Positions 10,065-20,228 of a stretch of 64,000 nucleotides of DNA are shown here, piece by piece; positions within the stretch are counted from its first letter, which is position 1, and every line of letters starts with the position of its first letter. The translations under genes and the position numbers were made by a program. The notes beneath the pieces are model-generated. The model had not been told where the DNA came from and ran no database searches. It saw only the letters and a program-made list of their open reading frames with translations. The stretch is from a virus (Duplodnaviria; Caudoviricetes): positions 41,908 to 105,907 of IMG/VR virus record IMGVR_UViG_3300037455_000462. One strand, written 5' to 3'.

Positions 10065-10637
10065 TCATTTAAGGTTTTCTTGTAAATATTCCTGCGCTTT
10101 CTTGAACAACTCCCTCGTTTTCGAGAGTGAGATGCCCATAGTTTCCGATATACTTATAAAATCGGTTTTTCCGTTATGCGTCTGCTTGAAACCGAACTTC
10201 ATATCAACAATGTCACGGCTGTTGCTGTCAAGTTCGCCCACAAGACGCTTGTAGTCAAGCACCAATTCCTCATAGCGGTTGTCGGTGTGCTGACCGTGGT
10301 CTATGTCGTCACCGTTGTCGTATGTGATTGAAGTGTAGGAATGAACGATGTTCTCATAGTTTCGGAAAGCCGAATTAAGTCTGTTGTAGGGTATTTTGAC
10401 GATGTTGCGCTGCAAGTTTATCTCGTTCTTCGCGTACTCCGTCATAAGCGGTTTGCAGAAAACCCAAAAATTAGGGTTTTTCTCTTCGTCATACCGTTCC
10501 ATACTTTTGGCAACGGCAATGGCACACACCTGCCTAACGTCATTTTGGGTTTCGACATTGAAGCAGTTGAATTTGCAGAATATGTAATTAAGTATTCTGC
10601 TGAAATCCTTTGATTTAATCAATTCCTCGAAGTTCAT
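10065..10637 (-). CDS. Sigma-70 family RNA polymerase sigma factor
   Basis: Region 2-like segment (AKSMERYD...FW) and region 4 HTH (ISETMGISLSKTRE). Confidence 0.75.
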   Translation of the reverse strand: MNFEELIKSKDFSRILNYIFCKFNCFNVETQNDVRQVCAIAVAKSMERYDEEKNPNFWVFCKPLMTEYAKNEINLQRNIVKIPYNRLNSAFRNYENIVHSYTSITYDNGDDIDHGQHTDNRYEELVLDYKRLVGELDSNSRDIVDMKFGFKQTHNGKTDFISISETMGISLSKTRELFKKAQEYLQENLK

Positions 10638-10921
10638 ATCTCGTCAACTTTTTTGTACATAGCATTGGTGACTGTTTCGACCGTTATATTGTCGATTGAT
10701 TCGGTGTTCGGTGTTCGCGAACACACTTCAAATACGCATTTCTTCGTGTTGTAAAAGGCAAATGCGTATTGCTTAATCTTTGTCACCGCACACAAATAAC
10801 GGCTTTTGCTGTCGTTATCCGAATCGCTAAACAAATCAAGTTGAACATTTCTCTTGATGGCGTACAAAACGCCATAGCCGCCTTCAGACGGCTTCTCCTT
10901 TCTCGAATCTTTCCATTCCAT
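10634..10921 (-). CDS. Hypothetical protein containing QLDLF
   Basis: 95-aa ORF in operon, starts MEWKD...KP. Confidence 0.6.
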   Translation of the reverse strand: MEWKDSRKEKPSEGGYGVLYAIKRNVQLDLFSDSDNDSKSRYLCAVTKIKQYAFAFYNTKKCVFEVCSRTPNTESIDNITVETVTNAMYKKVDEI

Positions 10922-10939
10922 AATAATTAAGTTTTATAG

Positions 10940-11719
10940 TTAATCTTTAATAATTTCCACGTTGTTGTAATCAATAGGTGTGTAAAATTTTCTGTTCTTT
11001 ATCAAACCTTCAGCCTCTCTGTAATATGATATGAATTCGTCCTTCGCGATTTCGTCAATTTCGTCCTTGTTCGGTATAATCTTCACATTAGGCACAATTT
11101 CGGTACACGAATAGTCAAATCGGTTTATCTTCACAAGAATCCTGCCTCCATCTTCCTGCACGCCATAGCAGTCCGTATAGAGAAAGTCCTTGGTTTTCTT
11201 CATAAAGTAATCGGGATATCCGTCAGTCGCGTGAATCTCCTTTTCAACAACGGGCGGCATAGCGACCGTTGGTTTCGGCTTCGGTGCTTGTGATTCCTCC
11301 GCAACTTGTGTTCTCGGCTTCATAACGGGTTCTTGCCTGCTCGGTTTCAGATTGAGCGTGTCCTTGAAATTGGGGTTCACGTTCTTCCAAACAAACTCGC
11401 CGTTCTCATTTTTTCTTATGAAACTGTCACGCTTATTGCACAGCGCATTTATCGACACCTCATCGTGTTCGCCACCAAGCCATTTCGTGCCGATTTCGCC
11501 AATGAGATTATACAGTTCCTCCGCTATGCGCTTCGGGCTGTAAAACTCACAATAATCCGTATACAGAGATTCACAGCACTTTTGCAAGTCGCCGTCAATA
11601 GCGGTTGTTTCCAAAACACCGTCATTGTACACAGCCTTCCAACCGCCTTCGGCGAATTGGATATTCACGTGCTTGCCGTCATCCCCGAACAGTTCTATTA
11701 TCTTTGTGGTAACATCCAT
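10940..11719 (-). CDS. Hypothetical protein
   Basis: 259-aa ORF in operon. Confidence 0.7.
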   Translation of the reverse strand: MDVTTKIIELFGDDGKHVNIQFAEGGWKAVYNDGVLETTAIDGDLQKCCESLYTDYCEFYSPKRIAEELYNLIGEIGTKWLGGEHDEVSINALCNKRDSFIRKNENGEFVWKNVNPNFKDTLNLKPSRQEPVMKPRTQVAEESQAPKPKPTVAMPPVVEKEIHATDGYPDYFMKKTKDFLYTDCYGVQEDGGRILVKINRFDYSCTEIVPNVKIIPNKDEIDEIAKDEFISYYREAEGLIKNRKFYTPIDYNNVEIIKD

Positions 11720-11721
11720 AA

Positions 11722-12276
11722 CTAAACATTAAACACTTTTACAAAATCACTCAAAAAGTCACAGCGGATTATCTTGTCGCATCCGCCAAGCGTGCGTGTG
11801 TCAACATATCTGTTGTACGGCGCGGAAATAAGAATACCGACACCTGCGTCAACGCCCTTGAATTTCTTCGGGTTGTCGTCAATGAAGTATTCAAGCCTGC
11901 CGAATCTGTTTTTGTCGTGGAGAAAGCACAAGTCGTTGAACTTGAAACCGTTTTTCACGAGCCATTCTATCGTGTATGTCTTTTGCAAGACATTCGGCTG
12001 CGTGGTAAGAATCACCACATCGTTTCTTGAAGCAAGTTCATTAAACGCATCCCTTGCACCCGCGATAGGCGGCGCATCATAGAAAAGTTCCTTGACGTGC
12101 TTGTTGAAGAAAAAGTCCTCGGCGTTGTCAAGCAATGGGAAGGATTCGCCCAAATCGTAGTGGGTCATATCCTCCATAGTCTTGTTGTCGTTGAACTCCT
12201 TGTTGTACACACCGATAGCCGCGAGAGTGAAATCCCGCAACACGCCATCGACATCTATACCTATTCTATTTCTCAT
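11722..12276 (-). CDS. 5'(3')-deoxyribonucleotidase (HAD family)
   Basis: DVDGVLRD and FIDDNP motifs. Confidence 0.9.
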   Translation of the reverse strand: MRNRIGIDVDGVLRDFTLAAIGVYNKEFNDNKTMEDMTHYDLGESFPLLDNAEDFFFNKHVKELFYDAPPIAGARDAFNELASRNDVVILTTQPNVLQKTYTIEWLVKNGFKFNDLCFLHDKNRFGRLEYFIDDNPKKFKGVDAGVGILISAPYNRYVDTRTLGGCDKIIRCDFLSDFVKVFNV

Positions 12277-12302
12277 TTGTGTATCGTTTTATGTGAAAAA
12301 AG

Positions 12303-12432
12303 CACATACCAAGAACCGCTTTTTAATCACTATGACCTATGATATTCGAATTGCTGGATAATTCTTTCTGTATGCGCAACGAGGAACGTTATTATGACTT
12401 TGGCAATCACGGATTATGCTGCGTGTTCCTCT
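12303..12432 (-). ncRNA. Candidate structured RNA of two tandem CAGCA stem-loops
   Basis: Stems GAGGAAC/GTTCCTC and AAGAATT/GGTTCTT, each followed 3 nt later by CAGCA; lies just downstream of a promoter motif. Confidence 0.4.
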
Positions 12433-12466
12433 CAATATCTATATAATAAAAATATCCGAAAAATAT

Positions 12467-13612
12467 TTACCTGCAATAAATTTTTCTTTCAAGCAACTCG
12501 CCTATTTCCGTGTCATACACGACATAGTATTGACAAGGCTCTTCGTATGCAAGACCGTTGCTCATCGCAAACGTGTTGTAGCCTATGATACTGCCGTTCA
12601 CAGCGGCGTTTGAAATCGAAGTGCAGCAATGGAAGTGACCGAGGAAAATTCTGTCTTGGTCGAATGTGTTGTTCCATTTCAGACTCAACCTATTGAGTGC
12701 AGGGTATATGCCGCAAACCGTACCCGTTCCGCTTCCACGAATCTGATAGCCGTGGCAGAAGATGAACCTTCTGTTGTCATCGGTGTCAACGATGGCAAGT
12801 TCACTGTCGGGTATGTTGAACTCTATGGGGAGTTTCAGAGCGGCACAGAACTTTTCGATGTTTTTGTACATCAACCACTCGTAACTCATCCTCACGCCGT
12901 TTGCGTGCTGAATCTTCTTTGTGGTGCGGCTGTGGTTTCCGACAATTCCGATGAACTGAATCTGCTTCAGTTTGGTGTTCTTGCATAGGAACTCCAACCC
13001 GCTTGTGATGAGGTTCTGTGCGAGCCAAGTCGCTTCAAGCGGTGTCATACCGTTGGTCTGCGCAAGTTCATCGTGGATATATCCGCTGATAGTGTCGCCA
13101 AGACTTGCAAAAATCAGACTTTCCACGTTATCCGAATTCAAGCAGGCTGCAAGATTGTCAAAGTAGTTTTCAATCCTATGTTTCGCAATCTCGATATTGT
13201 ACTCATTCTTTCCGAGAACGGATGCCGCCGTAACGGTTTCCTCTATGTGAGCGTCAGAAAACAACGCTATCGCATATCTGCTGCCGTCAACACGGGTTTT
13301 CGACTTGAATTCATATCGTTCAAACGGAAGCGATTCCACATCCTTGAACTTTTTGAAATTTTCAAATTCCTCTTGGTCAACTGTCGGTTGCTGAACCTGC
13401 TCCGCATCGGTTACAGACCCATTAGGGTCGGCGGTTTTGAATGTGTAAACAACTCCATTGTGCTTGTAGAAACCGTCCAACTTCAGCATTTCCGCTATTC
13501 TGTCACGGTTTTTGTGAATGTGTTTCGCGAGTTTTCTGATGCTCGTGAACGTCATTCCGTTACTGCCAACAATGGCTTGGCTCACATTCGGTTTAATTTC
13601 ATAGTTTGACAT
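12467..13612 (-). CDS. Calcineurin-like metallophosphoesterase
   Basis: SDAH, LGD, GNH, HG and GHFH motifs. Confidence 0.85.
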   Translation of the reverse strand: MSNYEIKPNVSQAIVGSNGMTFTSIRKLAKHIHKNRDRIAEMLKLDGFYKHNGVVYTFKTADPNGSVTDAEQVQQPTVDQEEFENFKKFKDVESLPFERYEFKSKTRVDGSRYAIALFSDAHIEETVTAASVLGKNEYNIEIAKHRIENYFDNLAACLNSDNVESLIFASLGDTISGYIHDELAQTNGMTPLEATWLAQNLITSGLEFLCKNTKLKQIQFIGIVGNHSRTTKKIQHANGVRMSYEWLMYKNIEKFCAALKLPIEFNIPDSELAIVDTDDNRRFIFCHGYQIRGSGTGTVCGIYPALNRLSLKWNNTFDQDRIFLGHFHCCTSISNAAVNGSIIGYNTFAMSNGLAYEEPCQYYVVYDTEIGELLERKIYCR

Positions 13613-13627
13613 ATTAGTTTATTTTGG

Positions 13628-14575
13628 TTATTTATTCAGTTTTCTTATTAAAATTCTTTTATAAACGCCGTTTCCGTCAATGGTAAACTGACCTCCTTCA
13701 ACGCCAAACCCACCATTTCCGTCCACATCGTGTTCGTGACCGACCAACTCAAACTGCCTACTGTTGTACTTATCCATAAAGGTAACGGGTACACCCATAG
13801 TGCCTTCATAGTCCATAGGTATATCCTCAACCTTATCGACATTGATTGCGTTGTAATTGTCGTACACAGAATATATATACGGGTCGAATTTTTTGTTTGT
13901 TTCCAAGAATTCGGGTTCAAATCCTATGTCCATATTGGTGAACCATCTTATTCCCCTAACGCGGATTGTCCTGCCCGTTTCCGTTTCACCGCCGCACGCA
14001 CCATCATAGGTTTCATACCCTTTCGGAACGTCAAACACACATCCCCCGCATCTTATACTGACACCAAGGCGTATGTCCCCGCGCTTGAAATATTGGAAAA
14101 GTTCCTTTGTCGTGACGGCATTGATGTTGCCAAGCACGACAAATTCCTTGCCGTGTTTCATAACAAGCGAAACAAATTCTCTGAAAAGCGAGAACGGGGG
14201 ATTCGTCACCACAACGTCAGCATCCTTCAAAATCTTGACACATTCCATTGAACGGAAATCGCCGTCACCATCCAAATATATGACCGATATATTATTGCCG
14301 TCATATTCAGCGCATACTGCGCGTTTTGAATCGGCAGTCAGAAGATTGCGTTCCACATAGCAGGAAGCAATAAGTTTCTTCAAGTCGAGTTCGGCGAAGC
14401 GGTCTTTAAAATAAGCAAAGAACTTACTGACACGATAGTCATCGCAGTTGCAATACACAACCTTGCCTCTGAAAAAATCGGCATAGTGAGCCAATTCCTT
14501 CTCGATGTCGGAATACCGAGTGTAGAACTCGTCCTTTTTGTCCTTTCTCGCTATGTTAAGCCCGCTGTTGTCCAT
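13628..14575 (-). CDS. Adenine DNA methyltransferase, EcoRI-like family
   Basis: DEFYT, VYCNCDD, GDFRS, VTNPPFSLFREF. Confidence 0.9.
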   Translation of the reverse strand: MDNSGLNIARKDKKDEFYTRYSDIEKELAHYADFFRGKVVYCNCDDYRVSKFFAYFKDRFAELDLKKLIASCYVERNLLTADSKRAVCAEYDGNNISVIYLDGDGDFRSMECVKILKDADVVVTNPPFSLFREFVSLVMKHGKEFVVLGNINAVTTKELFQYFKRGDIRLGVSIRCGGCVFDVPKGYETYDGACGGETETGRTIRVRGIRWFTNMDIGFEPEFLETNKKFDPYIYSVYDNYNAINVDKVEDIPMDYEGTMGVPVTFMDKYNSRQFELVGHEHDVDGNGGFGVEGGQFTIDGNGVYKRILIRKLNK

Positions 14576-15309
14576 CAGAAAAGTTTTTTGTTTGCTTCAT
14601 CAATGCGTTTGCTCGCAATGTCAAAATATTCCTGCACCAATTCAAACCCTATGAAACTGCGGTTGGTATTCACGCAGGCTACGCCCGTAGTGCCGCTGCC
14701 CATACAGTTATCAAGAACGATACCGTTTTCGGGACAATACGAGCGTATTAGGAATTCCATAAGTTCAACGGGTTTCTGTGTTGGATGGATTTGGTCTTGT
14801 CTTCTCCACATCTGCGGAAAATCAAGAACGGTGGACGGATGCCTTGTTCCTTTGTTATCGGTCTGAACACCTTTTATTCCGTATTGCATATTATTCACGT
14901 TATTTGGTGTATATTTTCTGCTGTACGGCTTACCTTCACCCATCTGTGGTTCATAATAAGACGCACTTTCACCAAATACAAGAATCATCTCGTGCTTTTT
15001 GAGTGGCATATATTTCGCAGTAAGCGGAGAGCCGCACTTCGACTTCTTCCACACCATATCGTATCGGAAAAGCCTCTCGTTTGACAACGCCAACTTGAAC
15101 GCAAAAAGACCCGCACCGAAAAGGACAATGTTGCCTTTCGGCTTGACTATGCGTTCATAGGCAGACCACATATCTTCAAACGGAATCACAACATCCCATC
15201 GGTTAGCCGTTGTTCCGTATGGAAGGTCACACAGAACCAAATCGACACTGTTGTCCGCAATGCCTTTCATCAGTTCTATGCAGTCCCCGTGTTGCAGGTC
15301 AATCATCAA
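14575..15309 (-). CDS. N4/N6 DNA methyltransferase (beta class)
   Basis: DLPY, HPTQKP, LDNCMGSGTT. Confidence 0.92.
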   Translation of the reverse strand: MMIDLQHGDCIELMKGIADNSVDLVLCDLPYGTTANRWDVVIPFEDMWSAYERIVKPKGNIVLFGAGLFAFKLALSNERLFRYDMVWKKSKCGSPLTAKYMPLKKHEMILVFGESASYYEPQMGEGKPYSRKYTPNNVNNMQYGIKGVQTDNKGTRHPSTVLDFPQMWRRQDQIHPTQKPVELMEFLIRSYCPENGIVLDNCMGSGTTGVACVNTNRSFIGFELVQEYFDIASKRIDEANKKLF

Positions 15310-16025
15310 AACAGACCTCCTTTCGGCGTGCTAATTTCATCAACGACACGTTTGTTAGCCATATCGCAATATGCTTCGTCCAATTCAAACCCGATATATC
15401 TCCTATTGCTTTTCAACGCGGCTATCGCGGTAGTGCCGCTGCCCATAAACGGGTCAAGCACAACTTCGTTTTCCAACGAACTGCACTCGATAAGCGTCTG
15501 CATAAGCCCAACGGGTTTCTGTGAATTGTGTATGTTAGAACCGTCCTCGTTTTTGTCCTTCGTGTTTTGGAACGAAAGAAGGTCTGATACACCGCAATCG
15601 TATATCGGTCGCCCGCTTCCCTTCCGCAAGAAGAATATATGCTCGACTTGACCCATATAGTATGTTCCGCATATCTTCGTCCTTTTGTCCCACACAAGCA
15701 ATTTCACGAAATGGAATCCGCTGTTTTTCACAGAATCGAAGAAATGCGGGAGGTTCACGTTGTTGCACATAATGTAACAATGCGAACCGTCTTTGAGTAC
15801 ACGGTAGAATTCGGGCAGATAATCGTCAATGTCAATGTCATTGTTCTCGAATATCCTTCCTTTCATCGTTAGTTCGGATTCATAATGTCCGCCCATAGTC
15901 CCGTTATTGCCCTTTGGCGTAACCCTATATGGAGGGTCTGTAGCAATAAGGTCTATACTTCCATCGGGTATCTGCTTCATACCCTCAAGGCAGTCCATAT
16001 TATATATCCGATTCAGTTCAAGCAT
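15306..16025 (-). CDS. N4/N6 DNA methyltransferase (beta class)
   Basis: DPPY, HNSQKP, LDPFMGSGTT. Confidence 0.92.
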   Translation of the reverse strand: MLELNRIYNMDCLEGMKQIPDGSIDLIATDPPYRVTPKGNNGTMGGHYESELTMKGRIFENNDIDIDDYLPEFYRVLKDGSHCYIMCNNVNLPHFFDSVKNSGFHFVKLLVWDKRTKICGTYYMGQVEHIFFLRKGSGRPIYDCGVSDLLSFQNTKDKNEDGSNIHNSQKPVGLMQTLIECSSLENEVVLDPFMGSGTTAIAALKSNRRYIGFELDEAYCDMANKRVVDEISTPKGGLF

Positions 16026-16053
16026 TTCTTATATATAATAAAAAATCAACAAA

Positions 16054-16857
16054 TTAAAATAGAGTTTTTGGCTTTTCTTCCAATCCGTCTATGTTGTCAA
16101 GCAGCACTTCGATTATATGATACTGTTGTAGTTTCTTCATAGCGATGCAGGATTTATACGATTTCCAATCAAAGGTCTTGAGCAGGTTCAGTATCTCGTC
16201 CTTTTTGCGATGCGTGACCTTTATTTTGTATTCACCGCTGTAATGCTCGCCGTCATTCAGAATCTTCCCCATAGTGGCATCACCCCAACAACACATACGG
16301 ATATCGTAGTCGGTTATCGAATCATAACCCGCTTTGTCTTGGCGGTAAATTGTAACACCGTCCAATTGAAATTTGCGCTGCTTGTTGAGACCGTGCCTCG
16401 GTCGCCTATAGATGTTGAAACAGCACCAAAGGTTCTTGCCAGAATAGGATGCGTAACCCAAGTCCTCCGAATAAATCAAATCAAATTTATACAGCCGAAC
16501 CGTATTGTTCAACTGACCTATCGGGAGAATAAAGGCGATATAGTCACATATATCCACAGCCTTGTTGAAGAATTTGATTGCAAGACCCATTTTATCACCA
16601 TAGGGCGGATTTCCTATCACAAGCCTGCCTTTTTTATAAGGTATATCCATTTCAAGGAAGTCACCGCACTCTATGCCGTCCGCTTCGGGTTCTATGTCAA
16701 TAGCCCTGCATTCCAATAAATTGGAGAAAGAACCGCTGCCCGCCGAAGGTTCTATTATGTCGGTGATGTTATCACGACCTATAACCTCGAATGTCTTGGC
16801 GACAAGTCTTTCAGCCAAATCTGTCGGCGTATAATATTTGTCCAACCTTATTTTCAT
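16054..16857 (-). CDS. N6-adenine DNA methyltransferase (gamma-type motif order)
   Basis: YYTP, EPSAGSG, GNPPY. Confidence 0.88.
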   Translation of the reverse strand: MKIRLDKYYTPTDLAERLVAKTFEVIGRDNITDIIEPSAGSGSFSNLLECRAIDIEPEADGIECGDFLEMDIPYKKGRLVIGNPPYGDKMGLAIKFFNKAVDICDYIAFILPIGQLNNTVRLYKFDLIYSEDLGYASYSGKNLWCCFNIYRRPRHGLNKQRKFQLDGVTIYRQDKAGYDSITDYDIRMCCWGDATMGKILNDGEHYSGEYKIKVTHRKKDEILNLLKTFDWKSYKSCIAMKKLQQYHIIEVLLDNIDGLEEKPKTLF

Positions 16858-17798
16858 TTCGGACGCACGGGTTGGTTGGCTAAATTATCTCTGTTTTTAA
16901 GAACCACAATGCACTCGCTCGGCAAAGCCTCGCACTCGCCAAAGTCGTTCCACAGTTTAACCATATCCTCTGTCGGCTCTTCGTACACCTCGTATGCCGT
17001 TGTCGCGAATGTTTCGGAATCCGTCCACAGAACAATGTCGCCTTTGCCGATTATATTGCCGTTGATGTCGTATGCGTGGTCTTGCGTGAACGGCTCTGAC
17101 GAAGCCGACCTAACGGCGAGATGCGTGTTGCGGTCAATCCAATACTTGTGGATTGTGTAACCGTATTGTTCCAAGAAACCGAATGTCTTTCTGTGGCGTT
17201 CCTCGGTCATACCAAATACGCCCACATCGAAGCACTCGAAAATGATTGGCGGGAAATTGTTACTCACTATGGTCTTTCTCGCGCCGCACAAAACCTCAAA
17301 CTCGTGATTCTCAACGTCAATCTTGATAAGACCGATGTTCACAAATCCGTAACTGTCAAGGGTTTTTGCATTGACTATGGGCGTGTATTCATCCACGTTA
17401 AGCGAGTCAAAACCGTTGAATCTGACTTCCTTTTCTTTGTTCGAAAGAAAATCCATATACACGTCAATGTGTTCGGATTTCTCCCACAGCAGAGCGTTGG
17501 CACACAGTGCATACGCGCTTTCCTTGTTAGGCTCGAATGCGTATGCGTGTACGAAATTGGTATCCCAACAATACTCGCCGAGGTTTGCGCCGACATCTAT
17601 GATGCACTTGCTGAAATCAAAGAAACCGTCCTCGTTTCTGTTTATCTTGTTTATGCCGTCAACCTCAAGACACAAAGGAACGGGGTAATGGTCGGGGTAG
17701 TTGCTTTTCAAGCAATTAACATCCCAATCGCGCATAATCACGGAGTTCTTCGGTATTCTGACTGGAAACTTGTTGTATTCCTTGTAATAAAGTTCCAT
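16854..17798 (-). CDS. FkbM family methyltransferase with C-terminal extension
   Basis: IDVGANLG, AFEP, IKIDVE. Confidence 0.85.
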   Translation of the reverse strand: MELYYKEYNKFPVRIPKNSVIMRDWDVNCLKSNYPDHYPVPLCLEVDGINKINRNEDGFFDFSKCIIDVGANLGEYCWDTNFVHAYAFEPNKESAYALCANALLWEKSEHIDVYMDFLSNKEKEVRFNGFDSLNVDEYTPIVNAKTLDSYGFVNIGLIKIDVENHEFEVLCGARKTIVSNNFPPIIFECFDVGVFGMTEERHRKTFGFLEQYGYTIHKYWIDRNTHLAVRSASSEPFTQDHAYDINGNIIGKGDIVLWTDSETFATTAYEVYEEPTEDMVKLWNDFGECEALPSECIVVLKNRDNLANQPVRPK

Positions 17799-17799
17799 A

Positions 17800-18663
17800 T
17801 TAAAATAATGTTTTGTTGTTTTCTATTTGATAATTGACGACAAGAACCTCGTCATCGGAATCGGACTTGTTTGTCTTATGATATGATGAATTATTGTATT
17901 TGCTGCCGAGATGGAACGTGTTGTATCTGCCGCATATATCTTCAAGTATCGGGTTTCCGTATTTCAGATTGTTTGAAACGGCAAACCTCACACCACGGCT
18001 GTCAAGGTCACGGAGAATGTCGGACAGCGTTTGCTCCTGCGATTCAGTCCAACCGTTCTTCTCGTTGTAAACAGCCACGCTTCCCAAATACGGTGGGTCG
18101 AAATACACGAAGTCACGCTCTCCGAAAACCGAATAGTCAATGCGGTCAAATGAAAGGTTCGTGCATTTCACATCCTTGCCGCTGAAACGGATTTTCATAT
18201 CGTAGATGCCTGCCTTTTGGACATCGGAAAAATACGAGCGGTTCTCACCAAACGGCATATTGAATTTGCCGTTGCTTCCGAACCTGCCCTGCGCGTTGAA
18301 TGCGTAGCAACAAAGAACATAGAGCGTAATCCAATCCCCGCCGTTTTTGTTGTAGTCGTCCCTCAACTTCAGATAGCCGTCCTTGTTGTATATTGACAAT
18401 CTGTATTTCTCTATCACATTGTATATCCCCGATATGATGTCATCAAAATCGGTCGTGGCAAAACCGTTGAACATAGAGAACACATAATCCGCATATTCAT
18501 TGTAAACATAAGAATCCGCATCGGCGTTCAGCAGCACAGTACCGCTGCCGCCGAACACATCGACAAACGTGCCGATTCGTTTCGGAAACAAAGGGACAAT
18601 CTGCGGGAGCAACTTGAATTTGTTCCCCGTGTAGTTGATTGGCGATTTCAGATAAGCGCACAT
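17800..18663 (-). CDS. Dam/D12-class adenine DNA methyltransferase
   Basis: NYTGNK, DVFGGSG, FNMPFG, DPPY. Confidence 0.9.
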   Translation of the reverse strand: MCAYLKSPINYTGNKFKLLPQIVPLFPKRIGTFVDVFGGSGTVLLNADADSYVYNEYADYVFSMFNGFATTDFDDIISGIYNVIEKYRLSIYNKDGYLKLRDDYNKNGGDWITLYVLCCYAFNAQGRFGSNGKFNMPFGENRSYFSDVQKAGIYDMKIRFSGKDVKCTNLSFDRIDYSVFGERDFVYFDPPYLGSVAVYNEKNGWTESQEQTLSDILRDLDSRGVRFAVSNNLKYGNPILEDICGRYNTFHLGSKYNNSSYHKTNKSDSDDEVLVVNYQIENNKTLF

Positions 18664-18665
18664 AA

Positions 18666-19094
18666 CTAATCCAATTCAGTAACCAAGAACGACCTCAATT
18701 TGCCGTCAAGGTATGCGTGTACGGTTGGATTCGTGTTGAGTTCGTCCTCCGTGTCCTCAACGCCGTAATCCTCCGTGTTACTGTTGGCATAGCGTTCCAT
18801 ATCGGTGAAGATAAGCCCGCTCCATCCGCCTGGACCTCCGAGGCTGTAAGTTTCAATCCCGTCACGAACCTCTCCGCTTTTCAACGTGAAACCGCCGTCA
18901 AAGTATTCAAGTTCGTGTTCACATCTGTCCAAGAATTCGTCAGTGCAGGTAAACGGGTTTTCGTGTTTCGCTTGCGGATTGTCCCACATAAGCGCAATCA
19001 GATGCTTGGCAAAGCCGAGGTCTTTCACCTCACCGTACTTGTCAATGACTTCATCGTACTTTACATCGTTGTAGTTTTTGTTCTTGCTTTCCAT
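18666..19094 (-). CDS. Hypothetical protein
   Basis: 142-aa acidic ORF in operon. Confidence 0.65.
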   Translation of the reverse strand: MESKNKNYNDVKYDEVIDKYGEVKDLGFAKHLIALMWDNPQAKHENPFTCTDEFLDRCEHELEYFDGGFTLKSGEVRDGIETYSLGGPGGWSGLIFTDMERYANSNTEDYGVEDTEDELNTNPTVHAYLDGKLRSFLVTELD

Positions 19095-19095
19095 A

Positions 19096-19824
19096 TTAAA
19101 AAAGTTTACTGTTAAACATATCCAATCGTTCCTTTGCTATGTTGAAATAGGTTTCGTCATTTTCTATGCCTATGAAATCCCTATTAAGATTAAGGCAGGC
19201 TACACCCGTAGTTCCGCTGCCCATACAGTTGTCAAGCACAACATCGCCCTCGTTAGTACCCATTCGGATTATACGCTCCATAAGGGCAACGGGCTTCTGT
19301 GTCGGATGACTTGTTTTCTCCTTCGAGTTATGCGGCAACGCGGGTATGTCAGCCCACACATCGGACAGCGTGATTCCGTCTTTCAGAACACCGTCCGTGT
19401 ATTCTTTGCGTTTCGTGTCTGGTAATATCTTTATGTTATTGAACGTCCCGTTCTCGCCTTTGCAATAATACGAGATTGGCTCGTAGCCGCTTGCGAGAGC
19501 GTGACCGCGTGTGTTGTTGAAACCGCGCTTCCTGCACCAAATGATTATCCGTTTCTCCTTGAAACAAGTGTCGAGGATTCGGCAGATGTGTCTGTTATAT
19601 TGGCGACTCGTGAAAAGGAAAACGTTGCCATTCGGCTTCAATATTCTGAAGTATTGGGCGACCAAGTATTCCACCCAAGACAAATACTCGCTCGATGTGT
19701 GCCATTGGTTGTCAAAGCCGTCAGCGACCACTTGGAAATAAGGAAGGTCGCAGACAACACAGTCAACCGAGTTGTCGGCGAAAGTCGGCATAACCGAAAG
19801 GCAGTCGTCATTATACAGTTTCAT
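19096..19824 (-). CDS. N4/N6 DNA methyltransferase (beta class)
   Basis: DLPY, HPTQKP, LDNCMGSGTT. Confidence 0.92.
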   Translation of the reverse strand: MKLYNDDCLSVMPTFADNSVDCVVCDLPYFQVVADGFDNQWHTSSEYLSWVEYLVAQYFRILKPNGNVFLFTSRQYNRHICRILDTCFKEKRIIIWCRKRGFNNTRGHALASGYEPISYYCKGENGTFNNIKILPDTKRKEYTDGVLKDGITLSDVWADIPALPHNSKEKTSHPTQKPVALMERIIRMGTNEGDVVLDNCMGSGTTGVACLNLNRDFIGIENDETYFNIAKERLDMFNSKLF

Positions 19825-19826
19825 CG

Positions 19827-20228
19827 CTACAGATTGAAATACGAATTGACTGTATCATATATGGAAGCCATACACGCATCAAGTTTGTCTATATAAACAA
19901 ACCTGCTGTCGATGTCGAACTTGGCATCCTTCCACGCGATTCTGTAAGTGACCGAGGTTTCGATGTGCGTGCCATCGGTCTTGAGGTTGTCATCGGGCTT
20001 GTTCATAACCTCGTATTCGTTGGTTATGATTCCCGTTATCTTTCCTTTGGAAACCGTAACGACATCGTTCACATCGTCATAACACTTGAAATACACCGTG
20101 TCGCCAATCGACAACTCGTGCCAACCGAATCTGTTGTTTGTCTGCGTGTCCTTTATGGCGTGCCTGCCTGCCTCCAATATGACACGGAGAGCGTTTTCCG
20201 TCTTTTCGAAATCTTTTTTATTGCCCAT
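19827..20228 (-). CDS. Hypothetical protein
   Basis: 133-aa ORF in operon. Confidence 0.65.
   Translation of the reverse strand: MGNKKDFEKTENALRVILEAGRHAIKDTQTNNRFGWHELSIGDTVYFKCYDDVNDVVTVSKGKITGIITNEYEVMNKPDDNLKTDGTHIETSVTYRIAWKDAKFDIDSRFVYIDKLDACMASIYDTVNSYFNL

Noticed and set aside
12303-12432. tRNA gene
   Set aside because: No cloverleaf or properly placed T-arm; kept only as a candidate structured RNA.
13628-19824. Restriction-modification systems
   Set aside because: No recognisable cognate restriction endonuclease; the MTases look solitary.
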